Source of the DNA: Somniosus microcephalus
Lineage: Eukaryota
DNA length: 64,000 nucleotides
NCBI GenBank assembly: GCA_052327205.1
Contig: CM126209.1
Location: 82,894,001-82,958,000 of the forward strand
Direction of reading: 5' to 3'
In this document: positions 22,333-35,289 of the stretch, in pieces
Numbering within the stretch: the stretch's first letter is position 1
How the letters are laid out: each line of letters starts with the position of its first letter
Notes under the pieces: model-generated
Seen by the model: the letters and a program-made list of their open reading frames with translations, nothing else
Told to the model about the DNA's origin: nothing
Databases searched by the model: none
Made by a program: the position numbers and the translations under genes

Positions 22333-24927
22333 AAGCGATATAAAAATCACTTCTTCCTGAATAAAATATTTTTAATCTGCTGCATTGGAAAGTACCTCTA
22401 AGAAGGGTTAACGAATAACAGCGAAGAAGTTACTCATTGTCATCTGTTTTTTACATGCTAGATAGTGATTGGCAGAATGCCAAGCTACAGATAGTAATGT
22501 ATTTTGTTAATCTTTGGTCCAGTACTGCAGTGAAAGATCCAACAAGAAATTAATTTGAATTGCTGACTACTACAATTCTGGTATTTTGCAGTGTCTGAAT
22601 CCCAAAATGATGAACACAAGTTGCTTCAATAAACAATTGCTCCAACTAATTTAAAGCAGAGCGTGGCACTCTATCCAGCTCTGTTCATATTACAGTCACC
22701 TTACCCCAGTAAGAAGTCAGTAAAAAATGCACCTGAGGAACATCTCTCCGAATTTACTCATTGCCAAAGTCATAACACTCACAATTCACAAATCGGACAG
22801 AATATGCTCCTCACTCTCTAGCGTTTTTTGCTGGGCTGTAGTTACTAAAGGAAACTCGGGCTGGGTTTTCACATGACCTGTTTTTCAGAGAGGCATTCGA
22901 GGATGGTCAGAGTTTTGTTGAATGTTTCCCGAGATTCTCATTAACAGGATAGTCGATGGATACTCTTGTAATGCAATAGTTCAAAGGGCAGCGATGTGAC
23001 CAGTGGTCAGTGTCCTAAGTCCAGGTGGGTTCACCGATTGTCAAAGCAAATGGCACCATCATCGTGCGGTCCGTGCAGTGGAAGGGCTGAGCAATGTTTT
23101 CACTCTACGAGTTTTTTTCCAACTCCTTTGAGCATTGTTTTTTTTTAAGCTTGGCTCTTGCCCTTGTGAGGTGGATCACCTGGTCCATCACATGCTATTT
23201 CAATGGTGTGTCAATACATTTCTATTGCGATGTAGCACTCTCCTTGTGTAGTGTTTTATTCACACTGGAAGTTGGGTCCTTGAGTGTAGTCTAAGCTCTA
23301 CTTAGAACATTTAATAATTATATTATTATATCAACAACCCTTCACATTGTACCTGAGGACTTGCTTATTTTGCACCTTGATGGATTAAATAAAGCATTGT
23401 TTATAAAATATGGGTCAAGTATCAGAATACATTATAGCTTTGAGCTATTTCCATGAAGCCAGGCTGTCATTAGATATGATGTTCCTGTAGATTGATCTCG
23501 GCTCCATCTCACCATAGTAACTATGCCAGTTTTGTATCTGCACAGTGTTTGAGATGCTATAAATCAGTTTTACCAACCCCAACAGTATTTGAAAATGTGG
23601 GATGTTAACACACCTCAATTCTTTGAACCCCTTTGGTAATTCCAGTTGAGTATATTTAACCAAAAATACTGTTTCTTCTCCAACTACATTTTTTTAAATG
23701 TGTGCAGTTTTCGTGCTACCTACCAGTTTTGTTGTGCCTTTTAAAAAAATTATTTCTGGTTTGGCAGGAGCTTTCAAACAAGTCTATACGAATGTGATTC
23801 TACCCATTGGAAGTTTCATTCTGGTTTTAAACTGCAACGTAGCATTTGGTGGGTTGGATTGAAGCAGGTGGTAATGAGTGAAAACTGCAGAACACACACT
23901 GTAACTAGGTATATGGGTGCATGTCTGATCCTCCCATTGTGTTAACATTTAAACAGCATTCAAATCTCTCTCGCACAACATTTTTCCTTTTGAAATATTT
24001 AGCCCACGTACAACGTTAGGGTCTTCTGTGTTTTTCTTATTTGTTCATGGCATGTCGCTGGCAAAGCTGGCCTTTATTGCCCATTGCTGGTTGCCCTTGA
24101 GAAGGTGGTGGTGAGCCTTCTCCTTGAACCGTTGCAATCCTTGTGGTGAAGGTGCTTCCACGACAGTGTTGGGGAATATACTAAGTTACACATTTTCCAG
24201 AAGTGAGGGTTCTTGCACTTGTGCTTTCCAACAAACAGTTGGTCATCAAAGTCATAACTAGAATTGTTTTGAAAGCTGCACAATGTCTAAAAACAAGGCT
24301 GAATTAGAATTTCCCATTTTCTCCCCTGTGCATCACAAGCAGAGGACCTGTTTCCTGCACTTTATGGAGCTGCCCTGATTTAACATACTTTTGGCCAGAA
24401 CATCATTTCTGGAGGACTGTGTGAGGGACGGCTGGTTTCCTGGGAAAAGAGACATTATTTGAGTGTGCCCTGTAAGGGGTCAGTTACCTCAGCAGTTACA
24501 CGGAGAGCAAATGATGGTTGGGAGTGAGTTACTGGACTGTAATTCACTAGTAGGGATCGGATTACATAATAAAGCGGGAGAGCCAAGCTCAATCAGTTTA
24601 CGCCATCAATTTTTTGAACCCCAGACTATCCTTCAGCTACGGCTATGTTCTGGAACTCCACGTCTTAATAGAGCCCAGTTTCATTTACCTTTTCAGGGCT
24701 TTATCATTAGCCTCATCACAGTTTTAATCATCACAGCTTTTTAACAGCCCCATGTATATTTTTATAGAGCTGTGTATCACATGACAGGAAGCGGGTGTTT
24801 TATGACACAATGCAGTGCAGGGTTAATAATGGGATTAGATGACAGGAAAAAGGAGAGCCTTGCTGACAAATCATTTTTATTAAACCGAGGACACGAGTTG
24901 GGCAACTAGTATAAAATGACTAAAGAC

Positions 24928-25350
24928 TAAACAGGCTGGGGCTCTTTTCTCTAGTACAGAGAAGACTGAGTGAGGGGTGACCTGATAGAGGTCTTTAAAA
25001 TGATGGAGAGGTTCGATAAGGTAGACGTAGAGAAGATGTTTCCACTTGTGGGGGAGTCCAAAACTAGGGGTCATAAATACAAGATCGTCACTAATAAATC
25101 CAATAAAGAATTCAGGAGAAACCTCTTTACTCAAGAGTGTGGTTAGAATGTGGAACTCGCTACATCATGGAGTGGTTGAGGCGAATAGCATAGATGCATT
25201 TAAGGGGAAGCTCGATAAACACATGGAGAAAAGAATAGAAGGATATGCTTACGGGGTTAGATAAAGTAGGGTGTGAGGAGGCTCTTGTGGAGCATAAACA
25301 CCAGACCAGTTGGGCCGAATGGCCTGTTTCGGTGCTGTAAATTCTATGTA
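24928..25350 (+). mobile_element. CR1 LINE 3' fragment
   Basis: GDLIEVFKM and VVRMWNSL..SIDAFKGKLDKHM remnants, with tail gggccgaatggcctgtttcggtgctgtaa. Confidence 0.85.
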
Positions 25351-28300
25351 AAATATAATGTTTTTTCCTCCATTTTGCCCACAGCAGAGTATCACTTCTA
25401 ACTGGGTTATGTGGCACTGTGTCACTTTGTATCATTCTACTCTCTCCCTTAAATATTTGTTTCCCTGCGGTCTGTTACACAAATTGAGGCTATTGATTTT
25501 TATCAAAGCTTAAAAAAATCTAGCAAACAATGATGCCTTAGTAAAAGCAGCAACCCAATCAATGTTGATCAATTCCTGTCTTCCTGGATCTGTTGTTCTT
25601 CGAGCTATTTCTTTGAAAAAAGCTTGAATTGATTGATTTCACAGCCAGCAATGATTTATTTCTACCCAATTTTATAGCTGTCGTAATAGGCGCTGAACCT
25701 GTTACTGTTGCCATTCATGAAACGTCAATGCAAAACAGACAATTATAGTGCAACGTGACAAGGACACAGCTGTTGCTATGTAATATGTTCAGGCAGCAAC
25801 AAAATAACAGTTGCAAGGACCGGTAGAACAGTAATTTTCACCAAACAGAGCTCTGTTCCTGATATTCAGCAGGAGTTGCAAAGCAGAATAATGATATGAT
25901 GTGTACTGTCAGCATTCTTCATGTAATGGCTGGTCGAGGGAAAGTTTACGACTGTGGAGAATTTAATGAGTGTTTGTGCTATTTATGTGAAGTAATATAT
26001 CATGTTTGTTCAGCTGCTGTCACCGTTAGCAGCGCAACCGGAAAAATTGATGTTTTGTTTATTCCCCCCCACCTCTCCAAATTCCATTGCCACTGTGCCT
26101 ATTCTAAAATAAAACATCATGCCTGTATGAAGCAGATATCAGCATTTGAAATCAATCCAGATTCGGTGTTTGCACCTCAGAAGGATGTCGCCTTTTGATT
26201 GCCCGTAGCTCGGTGCAGTCGGAATGTAAGGCTGTGTCGAATTCTTAAAATCAGTGCTGTGGAAGAGGCACATGCAAAAAGTGAATATCGACAGTTTTGG
26301 AATTGTGTTCAGCTGTTGTTTTCATTGTAGCCTTGCCAGTAAGTGTTTAGACTGTTTCCTCCAGTTTCTAGATAAAATGTTTAGCAGAAGGAAAATAAAT
26401 TATGTTCACATTCACTTAAAAATCTAAACAAAACTTATCTTTAAAAGCTCAGACGTAGAATACGTCTCGAGTTACAGGTTGGAATGCCCTTTGAACCTCG
26501 GACAGCTCCTCTCTCTACCCCCACCCCTCCAAACCAGTATATACATTATTTTCCACAGGCGCACCGCCTTAAAGAGGTTGAGTTGGTGAATTTGTCTTGC
26601 TATTTGGAGAACTTTAGCCCTCTTTACTGAATCTAATACATACAGGGAGGCAATATGTGAAACGGCCCATTTATATTGCTGTACACTATATTTCTGGGCC
26701 TGGTACAGAGGCAAATAGTCAGGATTAACAGTAAACGGAAGTTTGTGCATTTAAAAGGCAGTGGTTCAGAGAGGGTTTTTTTAAGTTTAAATCAAATCGC
26801 AAGAGCATTCTGCTGTTTGTACTTTGTGACTTTTTTCTTTGCCTTTTTTTTTGATGGTGAAATTTATGATCCAACCTGCCTCTCAGAAACAGCAACAGAT
26901 TAGTCCGGATATCAAAAACAAAACTGATAGTCTGGAACAAGCAAATCTTGTGTTTTGATTCCGATTTTACCTTAGTCATGACTCTACAGATACAAGGAAC
27001 ATTTAATTCTAGATTTCCTGCAGCTGGCAGAAGGACTCCAGCCCAGCTGTGTTAAATGTATTTTTACCCTTGTCTCACTGCCAGCTTCTGAGCTCTGTGA
27101 AAAATAAAATAAAATTAAATGTTTCACGTCCCAGCTGAACTGTTAAGAGATTTAAAAGGGAAGTTGTAACCATAGGCACCTAATTTGCTAATCAACATAA
27201 TGAGCTTTTTCTTTTATTTTGAAGAGGGGCTTGTATTTCAGAAGGGGGTGGGGGGGAGACATTTTCAGAAATCTCCATAGATGGGAACGTGGAAAGAATG
27301 TTGGGTCATTAATCTTGTCGAGTCTCATCTCGCTGAATTTTTAAGATTTCCATTCTGGTTCAGAGACTCGGGTTTAGTGGAAAAATGTTCACACGGTACA
27401 ATTTTTTTATTAAATGACCTCAAATCGATTACATCGCCGCAGATCACGAGTGCAGCGCATCACTGTTTCCAAGAGGCTGGTAATTCTGTTATACAAAGGG
27501 AAAGAACAGAAAGAGATGGGCCTTGCGTGCGGTGTCTGTCCGGACAGGGCGAGAGCATCAAGCCCTGCAGCCAACATAAACACATGGACAATGTGGTCGA
27601 TACCAGTTTGCAGCGTTGCTGAGTGTTGGTGCTGTTAGTGAGCTGGAGGTTCGGTCACTGCTCCTCTCCGTGTTATTTGTCATCTTTGCTCAGCATCCTC
27701 AGAGCGGTTTTTTTTTAAAGAGCCCTTCTAAATTCTACACTTAGCTGTTCAGTGTCGTTTATCATCGTTCTTGCACCACTCCTTTTTAGTCATTAGATTT
27801 ACAGTGTGTGAGCAAGAGATCGCACAGGATGGAGATCACTGCAAGAAATACTGTTTTCTTTTTGCCTCTCACATTTAATGGAACTTAATGCGAGCCAAAT
27901 TACTATCCAGTGCATTAATGTGTTATTCATTATGTAAACGTTACTATAACATTACTGCAGGGAGTAGGAATTTGGCCGGTGCTCATTATTTTGGTATCAG
28001 TGTGCGTTTCCAGTACTCAGAAAGAACTCCTCCTCCTCCTCCCCCCCCCCCCCGTTTTAGCAGCTGCAACATATTTAAACATTCCTTGTAATGGCATCTA
28101 ATGATAAATATACCCCGTGGTCTTGAACTGAAGCCTTGTCGCTGGCAAGCTGCCCTGCCACTGGCAGTGAAAGCTCGTTCATGCCCCCTTCTGCACGGAG
28201 AATGGGAACTCATTTCCACGCTGGTAATATCTGTGCTCCGGAAATAAAATATTTGCAGGAATGACATGGTTAGCTTTCCCATGTTGGAAAAGATCAATAC

Positions 28301-28841
28301 TTTCTCGGATGGAGTGCTGCTGTATTGTTTCATTATATATTGCTATTTAAAGCCCAACATTGTTTAATGGCAAAATAGATTTCTGACTGACTTGGAGCCA
28401 CGAGTTAATATTTTTATAATTGCTTCGGTCGAACTTTAATCCCTCTCAGACCCATTAATGATCGCAATCCTTAGATACCAAGCAGAATTTCTACCACATC
28501 CCCATCCTGCTCTCTCCCGAGTGTAAAAGGGCTGAATTCACAAGACCAAACAAAAGTCTGTCTTGTGGTCTCATATTGATTTTCACCATCACTTTGCCTC
28601 CCAGTGACCAAAAGCAGGAAAACCGCCGAGAATGCAAAGTATTCTACAAGTCGATGCAGTCTGGTGTGTTTCTCTGAAAGAGAGCATCTCTTCCCTCCCT
28701 CCCCCACACACAACCCTTGGCTTGGCGTTAGTTTTGTTTTTTACAATAAAGGACGTGCAGCTAAGAGTGAGGGTGGACTGACTGACTGGCGTGTTTGCAC
28801 CGAGTTTCTCCCTCATCGAGTGTGTTTCTCGGCTGTTGCAG

Positions 28842-29040
28842 GCTGATCCTGCCCTACGAAAGATACATCAAAGGGGAAGAAGACAAGCCGCTGCCTCCAG
28901 TCAAGCCTCGAAAACAGGAGAACAGCCCCCAAGAGAGCGACAGCAAGATGAGGGCAGCTGGAACCAAACGGAAGAATGAACAGAACAGAAAAATGAAAAA
29001 AGAAAGGGAGACCAGCCAGAAAGTGAAAGAGTACTCTGAG
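28842..29040 (+). CDS. ARID5B: ARID5B coding exon (exon 9 equivalent, 199 nt), end of ARID domain plus basic region
   Basis: ttgcag acceptor and GAG|GTTAGT donor. Reads (R)LILPYERYIKGEEDKPLPPVKPRKQENSPQE...KVKEYSE, in phase with both neighbouring exons. Confidence 0.96.
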
Positions 29041-29417
29041 GTTAGTGCTGCTCCCCCCTCCAAATCTGTGTACCAGGTCTATGTAATAAAGTTGTTAATA
29101 AGTGTAAGTTACCTTCCTCGGAAAAGCCACGTACTTCATCTCTCCGAGACCTGGCTGTGGGACATAAAAGTTACTGGATGGAACTTTCCCATTTCCACAA
29201 TTCGCCATCTAACTGCACAACTACATTACACCAGCAGTTTTCAAAACATTTCTTATCAAGTGCGCAACAAGAATTCTACTTTAACAATAAGAGCAATGTC
29301 ATTGCAGTGTAATATTTAGCAATTCCTCCCCTTTAATTTCAGCATAAATACCTAAAAGAAAACTTGTGTATATATACATTGTGCTCAACTGCAAAGATAG
29401 TGATCACTACAATCCAG

Positions 29418-30865
29418 TGTGGTGGTTTGGTGTGCACTAGTGCCATGTGGTTTGTGCACTATTGCCGTGTGGTTTGTGCACTATTGCCGTGTGGTTTGTG
29501 CACTATTGCCATGCGGTTTTGTGCACTATTGCCGTGTGGTTTGGTGGGCACTATTGCCGTGTGGTTTGGTGGACACTATTGCCATGTGGTTTTGTGCACT
29601 ATTGCCGTGTAGTTTGGTGTGCACTATTGCCGTGCGGTTTGTGCACGATTCCTGTGCAGTTTGGTGTGCACTATTGCCGTGCGATTTGGTGGGCACTATT
29701 GCCGTGTGGTTTGGTGGACACTATTGCTGTGTGGTTTTGTGCACTATTGCCATGCGGTTTGGTATGCACTATTGCCGTGTGGTTTGGTGGACACTATTGC
29801 CGTGTGGTTTTGTGCACTATTGCCATGTGGTTTGGTGTGCACTGTTGCCGTGTGGCTTGTGCACTATTGCCGTGCGGCTTGTGCACGATTCCTGTGCAGT
29901 TTGGTGTGCACTATTGCCATGCGGTTTGGTATGCACTATTGCCGTGTGGCTTGTGCACTATTGCTGTGCAGTTTGGTGTGCACTATTGCTGTGCAGTTTG
30001 GTGTGCACTATTGCCATGCGGTTTGTGCACTATTGCTGTGCAGTTTGGTGTGCACTATTGCTGTGCAGTTTGGTGTGCACTATTGCCATGCGGTTTGGTA
30101 TGCACTATTGCCGTGTGGCTTGTGCACTATTGCCATGTGGCTTGTACACTATTGCCATGTGGCTTGTGCACTATTGCCATGCGGCTTGTGCACTATTGCC
30201 GTGCGGCTTGTGCACTATTGCCATGCGGTTTGGTATGCACTATTGCCGTGTGGCTCGTGCACTATTGCTGTGCAGTTTGGTGTGCACTATTGCCGTGCGG
30301 TTTGTGCACTATTGCTGTGCAGTTTGGTGTGCACTATTGCCGTGTGGCTTGTGCACGATTGCCGTGCGGTTTGTGCACTATTGCCGTGCGGTTTGTGCAC
30401 TATTGCCGTGTGGTTTGTGCACTATTGCCGTGTGGTTTGTGCACGACTGCCGTGCGGTTTGTGCACTATTGCCGTGCGGTTTGTGCACTATTGCCGTGCG
30501 GTTTGTGCACTATTGCCGTGCGGTTTGTGCACTATTGCCGTGCGGCTTGTGCACTATTGCTGTGCAGTTTGGTGTGCACTATTGCCGTGTGGCTTGTGCA
30601 CTATTGCCGTGTGGCTTGTGCACTATTGCCGTGTGGCTTGTGCACTATTGCCGTGCGGTTTGTGCACTATTGCCGTGCGGCTTGTGCACTATTGCTGTGC
30701 AGTTTGGTGTGCACTATTGCCGTGCGGTTTGGTGTGCACTATTGCCATGCGGCTTGTGCACTATTGCTGTGCAGTTTGGTGTGCACTATTGCCGTGCGGT
30801 TTGTGCACTATTGCCGTGCGGCTTGTGCACTATTGCTGTGCAGTTTGGTGTGCACTATTGCCATT
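29418..30865. repeat. 22/25-bp minisatellite (GTGCACTATTGCCGTGTGGTTT[GGT]), about 60 copies, with degenerate copies to ~31090
   Basis: Visible tandem repeat in ARID5B intron 9. It accounts for the three overlapping Cys-rich ORFs. Confidence 0.97.
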
Positions 30866-31894
30866 GCTATGTAATTTAGCACATACAAATATGAGGTTTC
30901 GTGTATACCAATGCTGTGCGTTTTATCCAAATTTTGCACTTTGTCGCTGGGCAGCTCGACCCATACCATTGTGCTCAGTTTGGTGTGTGCCTCTGCTGCT
31001 TGTGTTGGTGCATGCCGTTGCTGTACATTTTGGTTACTGCAGTTTGCCGTGCAACATTGTCGTGAGGTTTGGCACATGCTGTTGGTGGAATTCTAGTGGT
31101 GTAAAGTTTGTTAGCCCCCATGCCATGTGCGAATTACAGTTGTTGGTCACTGATTCTTGGGCTATTTCCATGATACAATACTCGAGTGGATAGGTATCAG
31201 ATCCTACAGTCAACTTTCTTCATGCTGAAATAAATTTTGAGTCTACACTGCAGGTGGGAGGTTGCTCAACTAATCATTATGAATTTTCCTCTGATAACCT
31301 TCTCGCTCAGCTATTCTGATCTAACCATGAGGGTGGATCAGGAGGGTACAGTTTCCACTCAAATGTTCCTAGCAGGGAGGGGCTGTCGAGGGCAGGATTC
31401 GTACTTCTAAGAGAAAAGCACAAAAGGATTGCATCTTTTTCTTGTCTCTAAGCAGTGGGATGCTCCCACCTAGTGGCTTGGCCAAGAGCTGACACAAAAT
31501 GGAACTCATTGCTGGCATTGAACATGGGAACAACCTCCGACTCTGGATTTGGATGCTCTGAATCCAGATATTTAATTGTGAATTTGAACTATCTTGTGTA
31601 CAGTCAGAGATCATTCCCACTGTCACTTCCGACCAGGCACTGGGACAAATGCCTGCTATTAGACTGGCAGAGGGGTAGAAAGCATCCACTCCCCTCCCCA
31701 CCATCCTCCCGTTGAGGACTCGGTATTTCTGAAGCTGAGGATGGAGGCCGGTAAACGCCAGGCCGCTGGGCAGCCCTCTGGGAGGGACTTTGAAATGGAG
31801 CCCACAATCAGATGCTTATTCAGCACGAGGGGAACATAATCACATCGGCCGAGAGATTTGACCCCCGCCCGAAACGCCGCCAAGTCCATGGGAC

Positions 31895-31995
31895 CAATGT
31901 TCCCTTTAAGCTGCGTAGCCATGCAGCGCTCTAGAGGTCCCGCGCAGCCAGCTTTTAAATGCAAAAACCGTGCATGTGCGGATTAGGGAACGCTG
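31895..31995. mobile_element. ~100-bp hAT-type MITE
   Basis: Termini CAATGTTCCCT..AGGGAACGCTG with an 8-bp target-site duplication catgggac (31887-31894) / catgtgac (31996-32003). Confidence 0.75.
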
Positions 31996-33999
31996 CATGT
32001 GACCCAAACCAGATTGGAGTTAGCCCTAGTTTAAACACTGCTGTTGCCAAACGGGAAGGAGGGAGATTAGCTGGGCTGGCCGGCAGATCAGGTCTGGTGG
32101 GGGGAAGGGTTGTTTCGAGACTATCCTGGGGGAGAAGGGTGAGGGTGGTGGGGGGCCTCGAACGGGCTGATAGTGGCCCGGAGTTTATTTCTGGGCCCAG
32201 GAGGAGCACTCGCACAAAGGTCAACACTCACAATTGCCATGGCCATTTATTGAACGGGCTGCAGCCGTCACTTTAAGGACCGCTAGTCCGGCCACTCGCC
32301 CTTGGCGTGGCTGGGTCGAGGCGCGCACCGCAAGCTCCACCCGCTTGCACTTGAATCTTGCAATTGGGGTCCTACAACCGGCCCAGGGCCCCAATTCGCA
32401 TATTTAATCAGCCTCACGGCTGTTTCTGGCGGGCTGCTCACCCATTTACAGAATATTGTATCAGGCGGAACTTGGGCATCAAAGGAGAAGTTGAGGTTCT
32501 CCTTCACCATCCCCCTGATTTCAAACTGCTGGACACCCATTTTTCAGTGGCAAAACAGGAGGCCATGAGTTGAATTTCTGCCCCCTTATTCTCCCCGTAC
32601 TAGCCCACTGGTTATAACTAACGTGGCACAGCCTGGGAACATGGATGCTGACCAGCTTTTGTACAGTGCCACTGATAGATGCCTCGAGGTTTTCCAGCTT
32701 GTCGGCCAACCCCTGCTTTCTCTTGCTGAGCTGCTAGGAATTGGATTGTAACGTGTTTTGTCTTCCTCCTCCACATCGGAACATGTGGAAACATTTTTAA
32801 CAAGTGCAACAATTTCTTACGATGGCTCCACGTGCCATAGGCTGCCACCGCATTGGCAGGGTTGTTCGGGGCTTGACTTTGAATGTGGCATCACCTATGT
32901 GTGGAGGCATCGTTACCACCTTGGGCACTAATGCCCACCATTTGAAAGCGGCTAAACACTAAATAATTCCCTGAAGCCACCACTACGTGTGATTTGGTGT
33001 TTGTCCCTACGTTGGAGCCCAAGTTAAGTTCACTGAGTGAAATAATTGCAGTACAGCATCAGTACAAATAAAACCCATTGTTATGCTACTTACCACATGG
33101 AACGGTTCCGTGAATGTACAATACATATATTTAGCATGCCCGCATTAATGCAATGCACACGTACATTACTGACCAGTCTGGACTTCCTCACGTTAAACAT
33201 TAGCTCCTGTTTAAACATAGTTGAACATTGTATCACTTTCAGTTAATTCATATCAGATCTAGAGAGAGTTGTTTTCCAGGCAGAAACAGAGGTGACCGTT
33301 TAATATTGCAGAATACACGTCAGTCTTCCGTAGTTTGCTCATCTGTCTGGTATTTTTCATGCGATGCCATAGGCCCCTGAGATTGAATAATACTCAATCG
33401 AAGAGCAGAGTATTCACAACTTGACCCTTTCATGCCATTTAAACTTGGCAGAAAAGAACAAGGCCTGAAATCCGTGGAGATTTGAAAGTTGTAATGATAC
33501 TTGTTACATTTCCATCGATTTATATTTTCCTTCAACACTTTTTAGGAGCTTATAAAAGAAAGTGATGCTTTAAAATAGATTTACTGCTGTTTTAGAAATT
33601 CTTCATTTCTTACAGTTGACGAGGATCCATATCTCCGATATAGTGGAGCTTTAATAAGAGCAACTTGCTTTTCCCTTTGGGAAAACTATCAGAAAGGTTT
33701 AATCCTGTCAGGAGGATAAACTACATTAAAAATAAATCTTGCCCAAATCCTAGCTCTAGTTTTCCTCAAATATCGACTCACTGAGTAAATCGATCTTCAA
33801 TCCTGCAACCCTTTCCTTTCCAGTATTCTCCTGCAAAGAAATCCCTTCACGGGAATTAAGCTGCTGTTAAAGAGATCATGCGGCAGTTTCAGCCTCGTAC
33901 AGTTGTGTGGAAGCTGAAGGCCTTGACACAGTCTGCTGGCACAGTGAGTTAGGGTATGAGCTCATGGCACCTCAGACAGATGGGATGGAGTTGTGTTCA

Positions 34000-34347
34000 A
34001 ATCCCTCCCCGCCCTATCTCTGTAACCTCCACCAGCCCTGCAACTCTCCGAAAACTCTGCGTTCCACCAACGCTGACCTCTTGCACATCCCTGATTGCCT
34101 TCGCCCCCTCCATAGGCGGCCGTGCCTTCGGCTGTCTTAAGCCCTAAACTCTGGAAGTCCCTCCCTTAAACTTTTCCTCCTCTCTCCTCCTTTAAGACGC
34201 TCCTTAAAACCAACCTCTTTGACCAAGCCCTGTCCTAATATCTCCTTATGTGTCTCGGTGTCAAAGTTTGTCTGATTACGCTCCTGCGACGCGCCTTGGG
34301 ATGTTTTACTGCTTAAAGGTGCTATATAAATGCACGTCGTTGTTGTT
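34000..34347 (+). mobile_element. L2 LINE 3' end
   Basis: PPYLCNLHQP remnant and tail ...gggatgttttact..taaaggtgctatataaatgcacgtcgttgttgtt. Confidence 0.8.
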
Positions 34348-35289
34348 AAGTCTTTGCCGTTCTCCACCTGGAGCATTTGAGCTTCAGCCAAGCTTGCCTT
34401 GGGCAGACAGCGAGAAGAGGTAACTGGGAAAGTGCTGCCTTCTCGAGCTCGCAACACTTGCCCGCTGAATGATAATCTGGCCCAAGGAAGGTTAAAAAAT
34501 GAGCAGGAAAACAGAATACAAATTAGACTTTTAAAAATATAGTTATACAGGTAAAACAGAGTTCAAATACATGTCAATGCTACTATTAAGTGCATTTCTG
34601 GCTTACAGGTTTGTAGCTAAAAGGACCGTCTTAATATGCCGCTTATCTTGACAGTTTACTCAGCAGAAAATGAAACTCTTAGACAATGCTGCCATTTAGA
34701 GTGCACAAAGGCGCATTGCAACAGAGTGACAAGCTCAAAAAGGTCTGTCAGTCAGCACTGGTACAGGTAGTGCGTTGGACTGGCTCTGGGTGTCAGTTCA
34801 TTATCCTACATAATGCTATAAATAGGGGAAATTATGCTCACAAGTCACAGTGCAGGAAATTTGAATCACAATCTCCACAGCGGCAGCGCCGTGTGAAATG
34901 CTATATACATCTGCAGTGACGCAACTTTAATTGCAAGTCCATGGATCAGCACCATCTGACGTTAAAACATTCACAATATTTTTAATTTTGAGGCTATTGT
35001 GTAATAAAACAGCCCCTCCCCTCTCAAGTTCTGCTAGTTTTGAGCGTATATATTTTTTAACAGCTAAAAGTCACGTTCAGGCCCATGACACAGTGAGTAA
35101 GAATGGTTGGTTTGCTTTTCGTATATGCCCTTGGAGAACAGTGTGAAATAGTGGGAGGATGTACAGGCTGATAATAAATAGTTTGACAGGCCGCGACATG
35201 AACGCTCCATCCATGGCCATAATCATCTTTATACCAGTCGATAGGGTGGTTAGCCCTGTATGGTGAGAGAGTTTAATGGGGTCACAACT

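Noticed and set aside
29419-31193. Three 475-524 aa Cys-rich ORFs resembling metallothionein or keratin-associated proteins
   Set aside because: They are a by-product of a stop-free 22/25-bp minisatellite. All three frames give the same permuted peptide and there is no exon structure.
32600-32960. Second Harbinger transposase remnant (RW*RCLH and IVRNCC-like words on the - strand)
   Set aside because: The similarity is limited to a few residues with stops and cannot be supported without a profile search.
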